A stretch of DNA of 63,730 nt, filler included, from Sandaracinaceae bacterium (lineage in GTDB: Bacteria; Myxococcota_A; Polyangia; Polyangiales; JADJQN01), in NCBI GenBank assembly GCA_947483975.1. It is 3 parts of 3 records of this genome, joined end to end, with 100 filler letters (N's around TTAATTAATTAA, not from the genome) between each part and the next. Parts side by side here need not be neighbours in the genome. Positions count along the whole stretch, not along the records: positions 22,182 to 44,074 come from CANKOL010000044.1; positions 44,175 to 63,730 come from CANKOL010000055.1; 1 more part is not named here. The stretch is one strand, 5' to 3'. Position numbers and translations under genes: made by a program. Below the pieces are notes generated by a model. It did no database searches. It saw only the letters and a list, made by a program, of their open reading frames with translations, and was not told the origin of the DNA. This document shows, in pieces, positions 36,711-46,753 of this stretch (within the stretch, counting starts at the first letter, position 1; every line of letters begins with the position of its first letter).

Positions 36711-37880
36711 TCAGTGATGTGCCTTGGGGCGCGGCCCCTCGATGCACTCGCGCTCTTGCTCGCGCAGGTGCCAGGGCTTCTCGGCGTAGACGCCCTCGAA
36801 CATCGACTCGAGGGACGGCTTCGGCGCCGCCTCGGCGGCCTCGACGCACGACTTGATCTCGGCGTCGGTGTCCGCGCGCAGCTGCGCGTCCTCGGCGTCG
36901 GTGAGCGCGCCGAGCGTCTCGAGGTGCTTGCGGAGGCGGAGCAGCGGGTCGGCCTTGCGCCAGCCCTCGACCTCGCCCTCGGCGCGATACGCGCGCGGAT
37001 CGTCGGAGGTCGAGTGACCGCTGAGCCGATAGGTCATCAGCTCGATCAGCGTCGGCCCGCCGCCCGCCGCCGCGAACTCCACCGCCGCGCGCACCGTCTT
37101 GTAGACGGCGAGCACGTCGTTGCCGTCGCAGCGCACCGCGGGCACTCCGTACGCGATGCCCTTCTCGGCGAAGGTGCGCGTCGCGCTCTGCTTCTCGCTC
37201 GGCACGCTGATCGCCCAGCCGTTGTTGCGGCAGAGCATCACCGTCGGCGTCTTGAAGACCCCGGCGAAGTTCATCGCCGTGTGGAACTCGCTCGACGACG
37301 TCGCGCCCTCGCCGAAGTACGCGCTCGTGACGAGGTCGTCCTTGCGCAGCTTCGCCGCCCAGGCGAAGCCGACCGCCTGCGTCATCTGCGTGCCGATCGG
37401 CGAGCTCACCGAGCCGAAGTGGTACGGCTTGCCGGTGTAGTGATCGGGCATCTGCCGACCCTTCGCCGGATCGTTGGCGTTGCCGAACATGTTGTCGAAG
37501 TACGCCTGAAGCGGCATCCCTCGCCAGAGCAGCGCGCCGAACTCGCGATAGCAGGGGAAGATCCAGTCCTGTGGGCGCATCGCCGCGGCGCTCGCGAGGA
37601 TCGTCGCCTCCTCGCCGAGCGAGCCGATGTGAAAGCCGATGCGCCCCTGCCGCTGCAGCGTGACGAGCCGCTCGTCGATGAGGCGCGTGCGCACCATCGC
37701 GACGTAGAGGCTCTTGACGAGCGCGAGCGGGAGCCTCGGGTCCTCTGCGGGGTCCGCCGTCCCGTCGTCGCGGATCACGCGCGCGATGCCGGCGAGGCTC
37801 GCCTCCGGCGTGCGAGGAGCGGGGACGCCGTGCGCGCCGCCGCCGTGATTGTTCTGCCCACCCGAGTCGACCTGCATCAA
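36711..37880 (-). CDS. 2-oxoacid dehydrogenase E1 alpha subunit (branched-chain-like)
   Basis: LQRQGRIGF, GRQMPDH, GEGATSS..NN TPP motif, HSTSDDPRAYR. Confidence 0.96.
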   Translation of the reverse strand: MMQVDSGGQNNHGGGAHGVPAPRTPEASLAGIARVIRDDGTADPAEDPRLPLALVKSLYVAMVRTRLIDERLVTLQRQGRIGFHIGSLGEEATILASAAAMRPQDWIFPCYREFGALLWRGMPLQAYFDNMFGNANDPAKGRQMPDHYTGKPYHFGSVSSPIGTQMTQAVGFAWAAKLRKDDLVTSAYFGEGATSSSEFHTAMNFAGVFKTPTVMLCRNNGWAISVPSEKQSATRTFAEKGIAYGVPAVRCDGNDVLAVYKTVRAAVEFAAAGGGPTLIELMTYRLSGHSTSDDPRAYRAEGEVEGWRKADPLLRLRKHLETLGALTDAEDAQLRADTDAEIKSCVEAAEAAPKPSLESMFEGVYAEKPWHLREQERECIEGPRPKAHH

Positions 37881-38830
37881 GTCACCACCTTCAAGCTGCG
37901 CTTCTGCCGCTTGCCATAGCTGTCATCGAACGTGCTCGGCACGCCGTGGAGAATGCCCTTGAGAAAGCCCTCTGCCGCGCGATAGCTCGAGCGCACCAGG
38001 GGCCCGGACGCGACGAACTGAAAGCCGAGCGCGGCGCCCGCCGCCTTGTAGCGCTCGAACTCCGCGGGCTCGACGTAGCGCAGCAGCTCCGCGTGCTTCG
38101 GCGAGGGGCGCAGATACTGGCCGATGGTGACGACGTCGACGTCCGCGGCGCAGAGGAGCGCGAGCGCCTCGAGCAGCTCGTCCTCGGTCTCGCCGCAGCC
38201 GACCATCAAGGACGACTTCGTGTACTTCGCGCCCGCCGCCTTCGCCGTGCGGAGCACCTCGATCGAGCGCTCCCAGCTGCAGCGGTGGTCGCGCATCGTC
38301 TTCTGCAGGCGCGGCACGACCTCGACGTTGTGCGCGAACACGTCCGGGCGCCCCTCGAGGACGACCGTCTCGACGTCCGCAGCGACCCCGCCGAAGTCCC
38401 CGACGAGCGTCTCGACGAGCAGCTCGGGGGCGTAGTGCTTGATGCGCTGCACGGTCTGCGCGACGTGCGCGGCGCCGCCGTCGCTGAGGTCGTCGCGGTC
38501 GACCATCGTCAGCACGACGTACGCGAGGTCCAGCTCGCCGAGCGCGCGCCCGACGTGCTCAGGCTCCCGCGGGTCGTAGGCGCCGCGCGGGTTGCCCGTC
38601 GTCACGGCGCAGAACGAGCAGCCGCGCGTGCACATCTCGCCGAGGATCATCAGCGTCGCGGTGCCCTCGCCCCAGCACTCGCCGACGTTGGGGCAGCGCG
38701 CCTCTTCGCAGACGGTGTTCAGCTCGAGGCGGCGGAACGTCTCCTTGAGCTGCGCGTACCGCTCCCCGCCCGGCATACGGACCTTCAGCCAGTCAGGCTT
38801 CTTCGGGGCGGGGTGCGCAGGCTGCGTCAT
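37877..38830 (-). CDS. lipA: Lipoyl synthase
   Basis: KPDWLK, CEEARCPNVGECW, CTRGCSFC, GQYLRP, LVRSSY. Confidence 0.98.
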   Translation of the reverse strand: MTQPAHPAPKKPDWLKVRMPGGERYAQLKETFRRLELNTVCEEARCPNVGECWGEGTATLMILGEMCTRGCSFCAVTTGNPRGAYDPREPEHVGRALGELDLAYVVLTMVDRDDLSDGGAAHVAQTVQRIKHYAPELLVETLVGDFGGVAADVETVVLEGRPDVFAHNVEVVPRLQKTMRDHRCSWERSIEVLRTAKAAGAKYTKSSLMVGCGETEDELLEALALLCAADVDVVTIGQYLRPSPKHAELLRYVEPAEFERYKAAGAALGFQFVASGPLVRSSYRAAEGFLKGILHGVPSTFDDSYGKRQKRSLKVVT

Positions 38831-38883
38831 GGGGGCGTAACCTCGGGCCGCGACCGCTCGTCGTCCAGCCATCAGGCGTGCGA

Positions 38884-38913
38884 AACCTAGTCGTCCGCCG
38901 TGCGCGCTGTCAA
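38884..38913 (-). promoter_or_regulatory. Putative sigma70 promoter of the lipA operon
   Basis: TTGACA-N18-TAGGTT. Confidence 0.55.
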
Positions 38914-39072
38914 CCCGTCGGGCTGCCGATTTTGCGAGAAAACCGCGTCCGAGGCTTCCAACGCGTCAACATCCTTGACCTATTTCAGCCTGCCTGCGCG
39001 CTTGACCGTTGAGGACGCTGCGTGCTTCGCTGTGGCGGTCCTTTTCTTCTTCCCGCTTCCCAGGAGGTCCCC

Positions 39073-40374
39073 GTGCGCCGTGTTGCCACTGCCCTGCTCG
39101 CGCTCTTCGTGCTGACGGCCATCCCCTTCGCGCTGCCGCGCCTCGCCGCTGCGTGCGGTGGCTGCTTCGCGCCGACGGGCACGCCGAACATCGTGACGGC
39201 GCACCGCATGGCCGTGTCGCTCTCGGCGACCGAGACGACGCTCTGGGATCAGATCCAGTACGCGGGCGCGCCGGCGGACTTCGTCTGGGTGCTGCCCGTC
39301 GCGCCGGGCGTCGAGGTCCAGCTCGCGGACAACGCGTTCTTCGAGGCGCTGGCGCAGGGCACGCAGCTGAACCTGATCGCGCCGCTGCCGCCGACGCCGT
39401 GCTTCTGCGCGAGCGGGGGCGGCTTCGGCTGTGGCAGCGCCGGCGACCGCGCCTCGCCAAGCGCGTACCTCCCCTCGGACGCGGGCGTGACCGTCTATTA
39501 CGAGGGCTCGATCGGGCCCTACGAGACGGCGACGATCGGCTCGGGCGATCCGATGGCCCTGATCGACTGGCTGCAGGCGCACGGCTACGGCGTGCCCGAC
39601 GCGATCCTGCCGACGATCGCGCACTACACGGACCTCGGCCTCGCGTTCGCGGTGCTGCGCCTGCGGCCGAACGCGGGCGTGCAGCAGATGCAGCCGGTGC
39701 GCATCACGATGCCGGGGCTGTCGCCGACGTTCCCACTGCGCATGGTCGCGGCGGGCGCGACGGCGGAGCTCGCGCTGGAGCTGTACGTCTTCGCCGAGGG
39801 GCGCTCGGAGACGATGAATATGCCGACGCTCGAGCTCGACCGCGCGGCGATCACCTACGACTGGACGGCGGGCACCTTCGACTACGACGCGCGCTTCGAC
39901 TCGGCGCTCGCGGGGGCGGGCGGGCGCGCGTGGATCGTCGAGTACGCGGGCGCGCTGCCGTCGAACGTGCCGTACTACAGCAGCTTCGACCCCGACGGAA
40001 CGCCGCACACGACGACGGCGGATCTCGCGGTCGTGCGGCGCGGGCTGCCCGGCGTGCTCAACCTGACGAAGCTGCGCACGCGCATGGCCGCGAGCCTGCT
40101 CGACCAGGACCTCGTGCTCGGCGCGGCCGCGACGGACGCTGAGCTCGGCACGCAGATCAACGTCACGCACGAGCTTCACCGCGCGGCGGACACGGACTGC
40201 ACCTCGGTCTGCGGCGGCGGCCCGTCGGAGTTCGACGGCTGCAGCGTCGAGTCGGCGAAGCACGACGCTGAGAGCGCGCGCGATCGCGGGCTGCCGCTCG
40301 GCCTCGCGCTCCTCTTCGTTCCGGCCGCCGCGCTGCTGAGCCGTCGCCTCCGACGGGGCGCGCGTAGCCGCTGA
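39073..40374 (+). CDS. DUF2330-like exported protein with MYXO-CTERM-like C-terminus
   Basis: AGGAGG RBS and GTG; signal ending AAACGGCF; DFVWVLPV, WLQAHGY, FPLRM; tail GCS..hydrophobic..RRLRR. Confidence 0.8.
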   Translation: MRRVATALLALFVLTAIPFALPRLAAACGGCFAPTGTPNIVTAHRMAVSLSATETTLWDQIQYAGAPADFVWVLPVAPGVEVQLADNAFFEALAQGTQLNLIAPLPPTPCFCASGGGFGCGSAGDRASPSAYLPSDAGVTVYYEGSIGPYETATIGSGDPMALIDWLQAHGYGVPDAILPTIAHYTDLGLAFAVLRLRPNAGVQQMQPVRITMPGLSPTFPLRMVAAGATAELALELYVFAEGRSETMNMPTLELDRAAITYDWTAGTFDYDARFDSALAGAGGRAWIVEYAGALPSNVPYYSSFDPDGTPHTTTADLAVVRRGLPGVLNLTKLRTRMAASLLDQDLVLGAAATDAELGTQINVTHELHRAADTDCTSVCGGGPSEFDGCSVESAKHDAESARDRGLPLGLALLFVPAAALLSRRLRRGARSR

Positions 40375-40424
40375 GCTCGCGTAGCGTCGGCGGGGCGCGC
40401 GTAGCCGCTGAGCTCGCGTAGCGC
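40351..40424. repeat. 37-bp tandem duplication spanning the DUF2330 gene stop codon
   Basis: 40351-40387 vs 40388-40424, 35/37 identical. Confidence 0.95.
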
Positions 40425-40468
40425 CGGCGGCGCGTGCACCGCCGCTGGGCTCGCGTATCCTCCCGCGC

Positions 40469-41524
40469 GTGACGACGCTTGCCGAGCGATGGAAGGGCCT
40501 CGCGGCGCTGCCGCGGATCGCGATCGCGACGCTGCCGACGCCGGTCGAGCGGCTCGCTCAGGTCTCCGAGAGCACCTCGGCCGAGGTCTGGGTCAAGCGG
40601 GACGATCTGACCTCGCCGACCTATGGCGGCAACAAGGTGCGCAAGCTCGAGTACCTGCTCGGCGACGCGCGCGCGAGGGGCGCCGACACGCTGATCACGG
40701 TCGGCGCCGTCGGCTCGCATCATGTGCTCGCGACGGCGCTCTTCGGCGCGCGCGAGGGCTTCGACGTGCACGCCGTGCTCGGACCTCAGCCCGCGGGCCC
40801 GCAGGTGCTCGACTACGCGCGCTGCGATCTCGCGGCGGGCGCGACGCTCCATCCGGTGCCGAGCTTCGCGCTCGTGCCCTTCGCGGTGCACGCGCTCGCG
40901 CTGCGCCTGCGGATGCAGGGGCGCACGCCATACATCATCCCGGGCGGGGGCTCGTCGCGCGTCGGCGCGCTCGGCTACGTCGAGGCGGGCGTCGAGCTCG
41001 CCGCGCAGCTCGAGGCGCGCGCGCTGCCTGAGCCGCGGGCGATTCACCTCGCGCTCGGGACGGGCGGCACGGTCGCGGGCGCGGCCGTCGGGCTCGCCGC
41101 GTGTGGCCTCACGGCCGAGGTCGTGGCGGTGCGCGTCACAGATCCGGCGCTCGCGAACAAGGTCGCGCTGAGCCGCCTGGTGCATCAGCTCGTCGCTGAT
41201 CTGCGGGCGCGCGACGAGCGCTTCCCCGACATCGCGCACCTCGCGCTCTCGCGGATCCGCATCGAGGCGCGCGAGCTCGGGCAAGGCTACGGCGTGCCGA
41301 CGGACACCGCGCGCTTCGCCGACGGGCTGGCGCGCGTGGACGGCATCGCGCTCGAGACGACCTACACCGCCAAGACGCTCGCCGGGCTCGTGCGCGACGC
41401 CGCGACGCGCCCCCCGCGCACGCCGCTCCTCTACTGGCACACATTGTCGAGCGCGGACCTGACGCCGCTGCTCGCGCGCGCCCCCCTCGCCTTGCCCCGC
41501 GCCGTGGCCGCGCTCGCCCGATGA
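40469..41524 (+). CDS. D-cysteine desulfhydrase/ACC deaminase family PLP enzyme
   Basis: PTPVERL, WVKRDDL, GGNKVRKLE, LGTGGT, LETTYTAK. Confidence 0.92.
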   Translation: MTTLAERWKGLAALPRIAIATLPTPVERLAQVSESTSAEVWVKRDDLTSPTYGGNKVRKLEYLLGDARARGADTLITVGAVGSHHVLATALFGAREGFDVHAVLGPQPAGPQVLDYARCDLAAGATLHPVPSFALVPFAVHALALRLRMQGRTPYIIPGGGSSRVGALGYVEAGVELAAQLEARALPEPRAIHLALGTGGTVAGAAVGLAACGLTAEVVAVRVTDPALANKVALSRLVHQLVADLRARDERFPDIAHLALSRIRIEARELGQGYGVPTDTARFADGLARVDGIALETTYTAKTLAGLVRDAATRPPRTPLLYWHTLSSADLTPLLARAPLALPRAVAALAR

Positions 41525-42657
41525 GCGGCCTCGAGCACTTCTTTCACGCGATGCGCTTCTGGGGCGCGCCGGCGTGGCATTGGCTCGCGCTCGCCGCGCT
41601 GCTGCCGGGCTCGCTCGCGCTCGGCTGGGCGTTCGGCGGGCTGCTCTTCGCGGTGCTGCGGCGGCTCGCCGCGCGGACGACGACGCAGTGGGACGAGCAC
41701 GTCGTGCAGCTCGTGCGCGGGCCGACGCGTATGCTGGTCGGCGCCGTGCTCTTCCGCGCCGGGCTCTCGATGCTCGAGATCCGCGGGCACGCGAACCAGC
41801 TCGGGCGCGCCATGGGCGGGGCGCTCGTCGCCCTCGCGGTGACCGCGTTCGCGTGGATGGTCGTCGACCTCGTCGTGCGCCTCATCGAGTCGCGCGCGAC
41901 CAACGGCGGCACCGAGCTTCAGCGGGCGCGCGGGCTGCGCACGCAGGCGAAGGTGATCGGGCGGATCCTGCACGTCGTCGTCTTCGTCGTCGGCGTCGCG
42001 CTCGTGCTCGTGCAGTTCGATGTGCTGCGCTCGGTCGGAGTGTCGCTGCTCGCGAGCGCGGGCGTCGCCGGCATCGTGTTCGGGCTCGCGGCGCAGCGCT
42101 CGATCGGGACGCTGCTCGCGGGGATCCAGCTCTCGATCACGCAGCCGGTGCGCATCGGCGATCAGGTCGTCGTCGAGGAGGAGTTCGGCACGGTCGAGGA
42201 GCTGACGCTGACCTACGCCGTCGTGAAGCTCTGGGATCAGCGCCGCCTCGTCGTGCCGATCACGCGCTTTCTCGAGCAGCCCTTTCAGAATTGGACGCGG
42301 ATGGCGCCCGAGCTGATCGGCGCGGTGTCGCTCCCCGTCGACTACAGCGCGCCCGTCGAGCTGATCCGGCGCGAGGCGCTCGCGTACGTCGAGCAGCACC
42401 CGCTCTGGAACCGAGGCACCGCGGCGATGCGCGTGACCGAGGCCGGCGAGCGCACGATCACGCTGCGGGTGACGGCGAGCGCCGACGACGCCGACCGCAC
42501 CTTCGAGCTCCGCTGCGACATCCGCGAGCACATGATCACCTACCTGCAGCGCCTCGAGTTCGGCGCGTATCTGCCGAAGGAGCGCTTCGCCTCGAGCGAA
42601 GACGCCCGCCCCCGCGGCGACGACGACGACGACCGCAACACGAAGCTCCACAACTGA
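41521..42657 (+). CDS. MscS family mechanosensitive channel
   Basis: LLASAGVAGIVFGLAAQ, QPVRIGD, WDQRRLVVP, FQNW. Confidence 0.94.
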   Translation: MSGLEHFFHAMRFWGAPAWHWLALAALLPGSLALGWAFGGLLFAVLRRLAARTTTQWDEHVVQLVRGPTRMLVGAVLFRAGLSMLEIRGHANQLGRAMGGALVALAVTAFAWMVVDLVVRLIESRATNGGTELQRARGLRTQAKVIGRILHVVVFVVGVALVLVQFDVLRSVGVSLLASAGVAGIVFGLAAQRSIGTLLAGIQLSITQPVRIGDQVVVEEEFGTVEELTLTYAVVKLWDQRRLVVPITRFLEQPFQNWTRMAPELIGAVSLPVDYSAPVELIRREALAYVEQHPLWNRGTAAMRVTEAGERTITLRVTASADDADRTFELRCDIREHMITYLQRLEFGAYLPKERFASSEDARPRGDDDDDRNTKLHN

Positions 42658-42661
42658 AGCG

Positions 42662-44074
42662 TCAGCGCCCGAGCGCGCTCGCCGTCTCGCTGAGCCCGGC
42701 CTGCGTGAGCGCGTCCGCGCCGACGTGCCAAGCGTAGGCGCGGTGCGTCGCGTCGAAGCGCAGCGGCACGACCTCGATCTTCTCGCTCGCGGTGCCTTCG
42801 TTCCAGACGACGACGAGCTTGCCCTCGACCGCCGTGCGCGCGTCGCCGCCGGTGCGGCGCACCTCGATGCCGTAGCTGCCGGGCTCTTGCTCGCGGACGT
42901 CGAACGCCTCGAGCCCGTACTCCGGCGAGAGATCGTCGGGGCGCACGAGCGAGAGGTTCGGGTGCGACGCCCAGAGCGAGAGCCCCGCGTCGGGGTGCGA
43001 CCAGACGAGCGAGACGCGCAGCGCGCCCGCCTCGCGGAGCACGCCCGAGCGGCGCATCCGCTGCGTCAGCGCCGTCAGCTTCGCCTCGTCGTGCGCGTCG
43101 CGCGCCGCCTTGCGCAGCTCCGCGAAGCGCACCGACGACCAGAGCAGCGCGGTGCGCGCGAGCCCCTCGGACGCGCCGGGCTCGGACGTCTCGGCGAGCT
43201 TCTGCTCGAGGCGCAGCGCCTCGTCGACGCGCCCCGCGCCCGCCGCGGCCTGCGCGAGCAGCAGCGACACGGAGGGGTCGTCGGGGCGGATCGTCGCGAG
43301 CGTCTGATACTGCCGATACGCGTCCTCGTACCAGCCGTGCGCGCGGTAGAGGTCGCCGAGGCGGCGCCGCGCGAGCTCGTCTTGCGGCGCAAATTCGACG
43401 ATCTCGCTGAAGACGCGCCGCGCCTCGGGCTCGTCGCCGAGGCGCAGATACATCTCGCCGACCGCCGTGCGCACGCCCGCGTCGGCGAGCGGATCGCGGC
43501 GCAGCAGCTCCGCGAGGCGGCGCGCCTCGGGCAGCTTGCTCGCCGCCTCGAGCTCGGAGAGCAGCCGTAGTTTGAGGTCAAACGAATCCGGGTACTGCAC
43601 GACGAGCTGCCGGAGCGCGCGGATCTTGAGCGCGGGAGTCGTCGCCCGCGCGAGCACCTGCTCGACGAGCGCGAAGTCCACGCTGCTCGACAGGCCGAAG
43701 GCGTCGCGGACGGCGCGCAGGTCGGCGGGCGAGCGCACGCGGCGCAGGATCGCGGCGCGCAGATAGCCGCGCGCGCCGCCGTCGTCGAGGTACTGATAGA
43801 GCTGCACCATCGTGGGGATCGAGCCCGCCTGGGCGAGCATCAGCTCGAGCAGCGCGCGGCGATCGGTCCAGCCGGGCACCTCGCAGGAGCGCGCCGCGGA
43901 GCGATAGACCTCGACCCAGCCGGACACTCCGCCCGCGCTCGAGAGCCGCTCGGACCAGAGCGCGCGGCGGTCGGCGACGGAGAGCCCGCTCGCCTCGCTG
44001 CAGCGGCTCGGCTTGTGATCGACGGCCGTCGTCGTGAACGTCACCGTCGTCGTGATCGACGCGATGCTCGCGCC
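42662..44074 (-). CDS. C-terminal part of a large TPR protein with YfaP/DUF2135-like end, 5'-truncated
   Basis: TPR-like helices (ARRRLGDLYRAHGWYEDAYRQY), LRVSLVWSHPDA; frame open to the gap. Confidence 0.7.
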   Translation of the reverse strand, partial: GASIASITTTVTFTTTAVDHKPSRCSEASGLSVADRRALWSERLSSAGGVSGWVEVYRSAARSCEVPGWTDRRALLELMLAQAGSIPTMVQLYQYLDDGGARGYLRAAILRRVRSPADLRAVRDAFGLSSSVDFALVEQVLARATTPALKIRALRQLVVQYPDSFDLKLRLLSELEAASKLPEARRLAELLRRDPLADAGVRTAVGEMYLRLGDEPEARRVFSEIVEFAPQDELARRRLGDLYRAHGWYEDAYRQYQTLATIRPDDPSVSLLLAQAAAGAGRVDEALRLEQKLAETSEPGASEGLARTALLWSSVRFAELRKAARDAHDEAKLTALTQRMRRSGVLREAGALRVSLVWSHPDAGLSLWASHPNLSLVRPDDLSPEYGLEAFDVREQEPGSYGIEVRRTGGDARTAVEGKLVVVWNEGTASEKIEVVPLRFDATHRAYAWHVGADALTQAGLSETASALGR

Positions 44075-44174
44075 NNNNNNNNNNNNNNNNNNNNNNNNNN
44101 NNNNNNNNNNNNNNNNNNTTAATTAATTAANNNNNNNNNNNNNNNNNNNNNNNNNNNNNNNNNNNNNNNNNNNN
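44075..44174. other. Artificial contig linker
   Basis: N44-TTAATTAATTAA-N44. Confidence 0.99.
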
Positions 44175-44522
44175 CGGCGCGGCGACCGGCGTGGGCTCGA
44201 TCGGCGCGGCGACGACCGGCGCGGGCGCTGGGGCCGTGGGCGCGGAGACGACGGGCTTCGGCGCAGGCGGCACGGCGGCGGTCGCGGTCTCGTCGATCTC
44301 GACGAGCGCTTGGCCGACGCGCACGACGGCGCCCTCCTCGACCAGCACGGCGGTGACGACCCCTCCGACCGGCGAGGGCACCTCGCTGTCGGCCTTATCC
44401 GTCAGGATCTCGACGACCGCTTGGTCCTTCTCTACGCGATCCCCGACACGGACATGCCACCTGCCAACCGTGCCCTCGACGACGCTCTCACCGAGCTGAG
44501 GCATCGTAACTTTGATGGTCAT
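44175..44522 (-). CDS. N-terminal lipoyl domain of a second E2 (SucB/DlaT-like), 3'-truncated
   Basis: MPQLGESVVEGTV, TDKADSEVPSP, Pro/Ala linker; GGAGG RBS. Confidence 0.9.
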
Positions 44523-44607
44523 TGCGCCTCCGGAAATGGGCCGGGTTTGTAGTGCCATCGTGGGTCGACGGCAACGCGGCACGCTTCGGAGAATGCCGTC
44601 GCGCGCG

Positions 44608-45054
44608 TCAAGCCTTGTGGCGCACCGTCAGCACCGGCACCGGCGACGTGCGCACGACCCGCTCGGCGACGCTACCGAGCAGCACATGCGAGAGCCCGGT
44701 GCGCCCATGCGTGCCGATGACGACGAGGTCGACCTTCTGCTCTTCGGCGACGCGGATCACCTCGAGGTGCGCGGGCCCCTCGCTGAGCTTGGCCGAGACG
44801 CTCACCGGCCCGCCGGCGAACCTCGCGACCACCTCGTCGAGGCTCTTTTGCAGCTCCGTCTCGATTCTCCCCAAATACTGACTATCCGCGATGATCGCGC
44901 CTTCCGGCAGCGCGTACGCGGGCAGCTGCCAAGCGTGGACGAGCACGAGCGAGGCGCCGTGCTTCTCCGCGAGGGCGTACGCGTGCTCGAGCGCCTCCTT
45001 GGACGTGTCGGAGAAGTCGATCGCGCAGAGGATGCGGTGGATCTCGTAGCTCAT
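44608..45054 (-). CDS. Universal stress protein
   Basis: ILCAIDFS, VIGTHGRTGLSHVLLGSVAERVVR. Confidence 0.95.
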   Translation of the reverse strand: MSYEIHRILCAIDFSDTSKEALEHAYALAEKHGASLVLVHAWQLPAYALPEGAIIADSQYLGRIETELQKSLDEVVARFAGGPVSVSAKLSEGPAHLEVIRVAEEQKVDLVVIGTHGRTGLSHVLLGSVAERVVRTSPVPVLTVRHKA

Positions 45055-45219
45055 GGTCCCGTCCTTCCAATGCACCGCGAACACCCGCACCGGCGCGTCC
45101 TGGCAGGCGCGACCTCGACGTGCGAGCTTCGGTGTCCACGTCATGTACGCGCGGGCGGCGAGGCACGCCAGCGCGCGGTCTGTTCCCCGTCTCGAAGCGA
45201 CCACCAGCGAGGTTCCGAC

Positions 45220-46116
45220 ATGACCGCCCCGAATTTCCCGACCGATGGCCTCCCGATCCTCGTCGCCCACGACCTCGGGCCAGGCGGCCGTCGCGCCGCG
45301 AACCTCGGCGCTGCGCTCGCCCGCTGGCTCGCCGTCCCGCTCCGGCTGGTGCACGCGATGGACGCCGCCGAGGACGCGGACTTCAGCGCCATCCCGGCTG
45401 CGATCGCGCCGGCGGTCGAAGTCCTTCGCGCGCGCATCGAGCAGCGCATCGCCCGCGAGCGCGCCGCGCTCTCCGCCGAGGTCGAACGGCTGCACGCGGC
45501 AGGGCTCACGCAGGTCGACTGGGAGCACGTCGAGGGCCGCGCCTGGGAGGCGGTCGTCGCGGTCGCCGCGCGCGAAGGCGCGCAGCTGATCGTCGTCGCG
45601 GCGCACGCGGGTGAGCCAGCCCCTCACGCGCACGCGACCGGCGTCGCCCGGCTTCTCGGCAGCACGGCAGAGCGCATCGTCCGGCACGCCGGCAGGACCG
45701 TCGTCGTCGCAGCCGATGAGCCGGTGCCCGCGGCGCTCCTCAGCGGCGCGGCGTGGGTCGTCGGCATCGACCTGCAGGCGACCTCGGGGGGCGCGCTCGA
45801 GACGGCGCGGAGGCTCGCCGCGCGGACCGGCGGGCGCGTCTTCGCGATGCACGCGACGAGCGCTGAGCGCGCGCAAGATCCAGCGCTCCTCGCCGAGGTG
45901 CGGCGTCAGCTCGGGCCGGACTCCACCATCGTGCCGCTCGTGACGGCGGGTCCCGTCGCCGACGCCTTCGTGCGGCTCGCCGAGGCGGACGGCGCGGGCG
46001 CGCTCGTGCTCGGCGTCAACGAGCACCACGGCTTGCTCGCGAGGGCGCTCGGGCGCGACGCGCTCGGCGCCACCTTCCGCATGACGCGCGTGCCGGTGTT
46101 CTGCGTGCCGAGCTGA
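45220..46116 (+). CDS. Tandem-domain universal stress protein
   Basis: ILVAHDL, LLGSTAERIVRHA, second degenerate USP domain. Confidence 0.85.
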   Translation: MTAPNFPTDGLPILVAHDLGPGGRRAANLGAALARWLAVPLRLVHAMDAAEDADFSAIPAAIAPAVEVLRARIEQRIARERAALSAEVERLHAAGLTQVDWEHVEGRAWEAVVAVAAREGAQLIVVAAHAGEPAPHAHATGVARLLGSTAERIVRHAGRTVVVAADEPVPAALLSGAAWVVGIDLQATSGGALETARRLAARTGGRVFAMHATSAERAQDPALLAEVRRQLGPDSTIVPLVTAGPVADAFVRLAEADGAGALVLGVNEHHGLLARALGRDALGATFRMTRVPVFCVPS

Positions 46117-46159
46117 GCGACGTGGCGCGCGTCCCACGCTTCGGATAGCTTCGTCCGTC

Positions 46160-46342
46160 ATGGCCGACCTCGAAGCCCATGCGATCCGGCGCGATCGACG
46201 CTTCCTCGTGCGGCTCGTGCTGCTGCTCGTGCTCGGCGTGTTCGCGGGGCTGTGGATCTTCGGCTTTCTGACGAGCCGCCAGACGGGTAGCTGCGTCGCG
46301 ACCTTCTTCGGCGGCGCGGACGCGAAGCCTCCCGCGCACTGA
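46160..46342 (+). CDS. Small membrane protein
   Basis: 60 aa, single TM helix, fills the intergenic space. Confidence 0.55.
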   Translation: MADLEAHAIRRDRRFLVRLVLLLVLGVFAGLWIFGFLTSRQTGSCVATFFGGADAKPPAH

Positions 46343-46395
46343 CGGGCGTCTTCCGGCTGCCCCGTGGCGGGCAGGCGCGTGATATCGTCCCGCCC

Positions 46396-46725
46396 ATGCC
46401 GACCAAGCACCTCAGCCGGGAAGACCGCCTGCGCCTCATGAAGTTCGTCTGCTCGTTCGCGTGGGCGGATCTGCAGGTCCAAGACGCCGAGCGCGCCTTC
46501 GTGAAGCGCCTGATGAAGCGCCTCGAGCTCACCGCCGCCGAGAAGAAGGAAGTCGAAGGCTGGCTCGAAGTGCCGCCGCCCGCCGAGGAGGTCGACCCCG
46601 CGGACGTGCCGCGCGAGCACCGGCAGCTCTTCGTCGACACCGCGCGCGCCATGGTCGCGTCGGACGGCGTGATCGTCGAGAACGAGCGCGAATCTCTCGC
46701 GCTGCTCGAGCTGCTGCTCAAGTAG
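46396..46725 (+). CDS. TerB-like protein
   Basis: AWADLQVQDAER and ASDGVIVENER paired motifs. Confidence 0.85.
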   Translation: MPTKHLSREDRLRLMKFVCSFAWADLQVQDAERAFVKRLMKRLELTAAEKKEVEGWLEVPPPAEEVDPADVPREHRQLFVDTARAMVASDGVIVENERESLALLELLLK

Positions 46726-46753
46726 ACGAGCGCGCTTGCCCGACGTGAAGCGC

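Noticed and set aside
35697..37919. Long antisense or alternate-frame ORFs (also 1494-3953, 44608-46782 full length, 47910-50006, 58653-61286)
   Set aside because: Arg/Ala-rich shadow ORFs expected at very high GC, overlapping well-supported genes.
42662..44522. Fusion or operon between the lipoyl-domain ORF and the TPR gene
   Set aside because: They lie on different contigs separated by an artificial linker.
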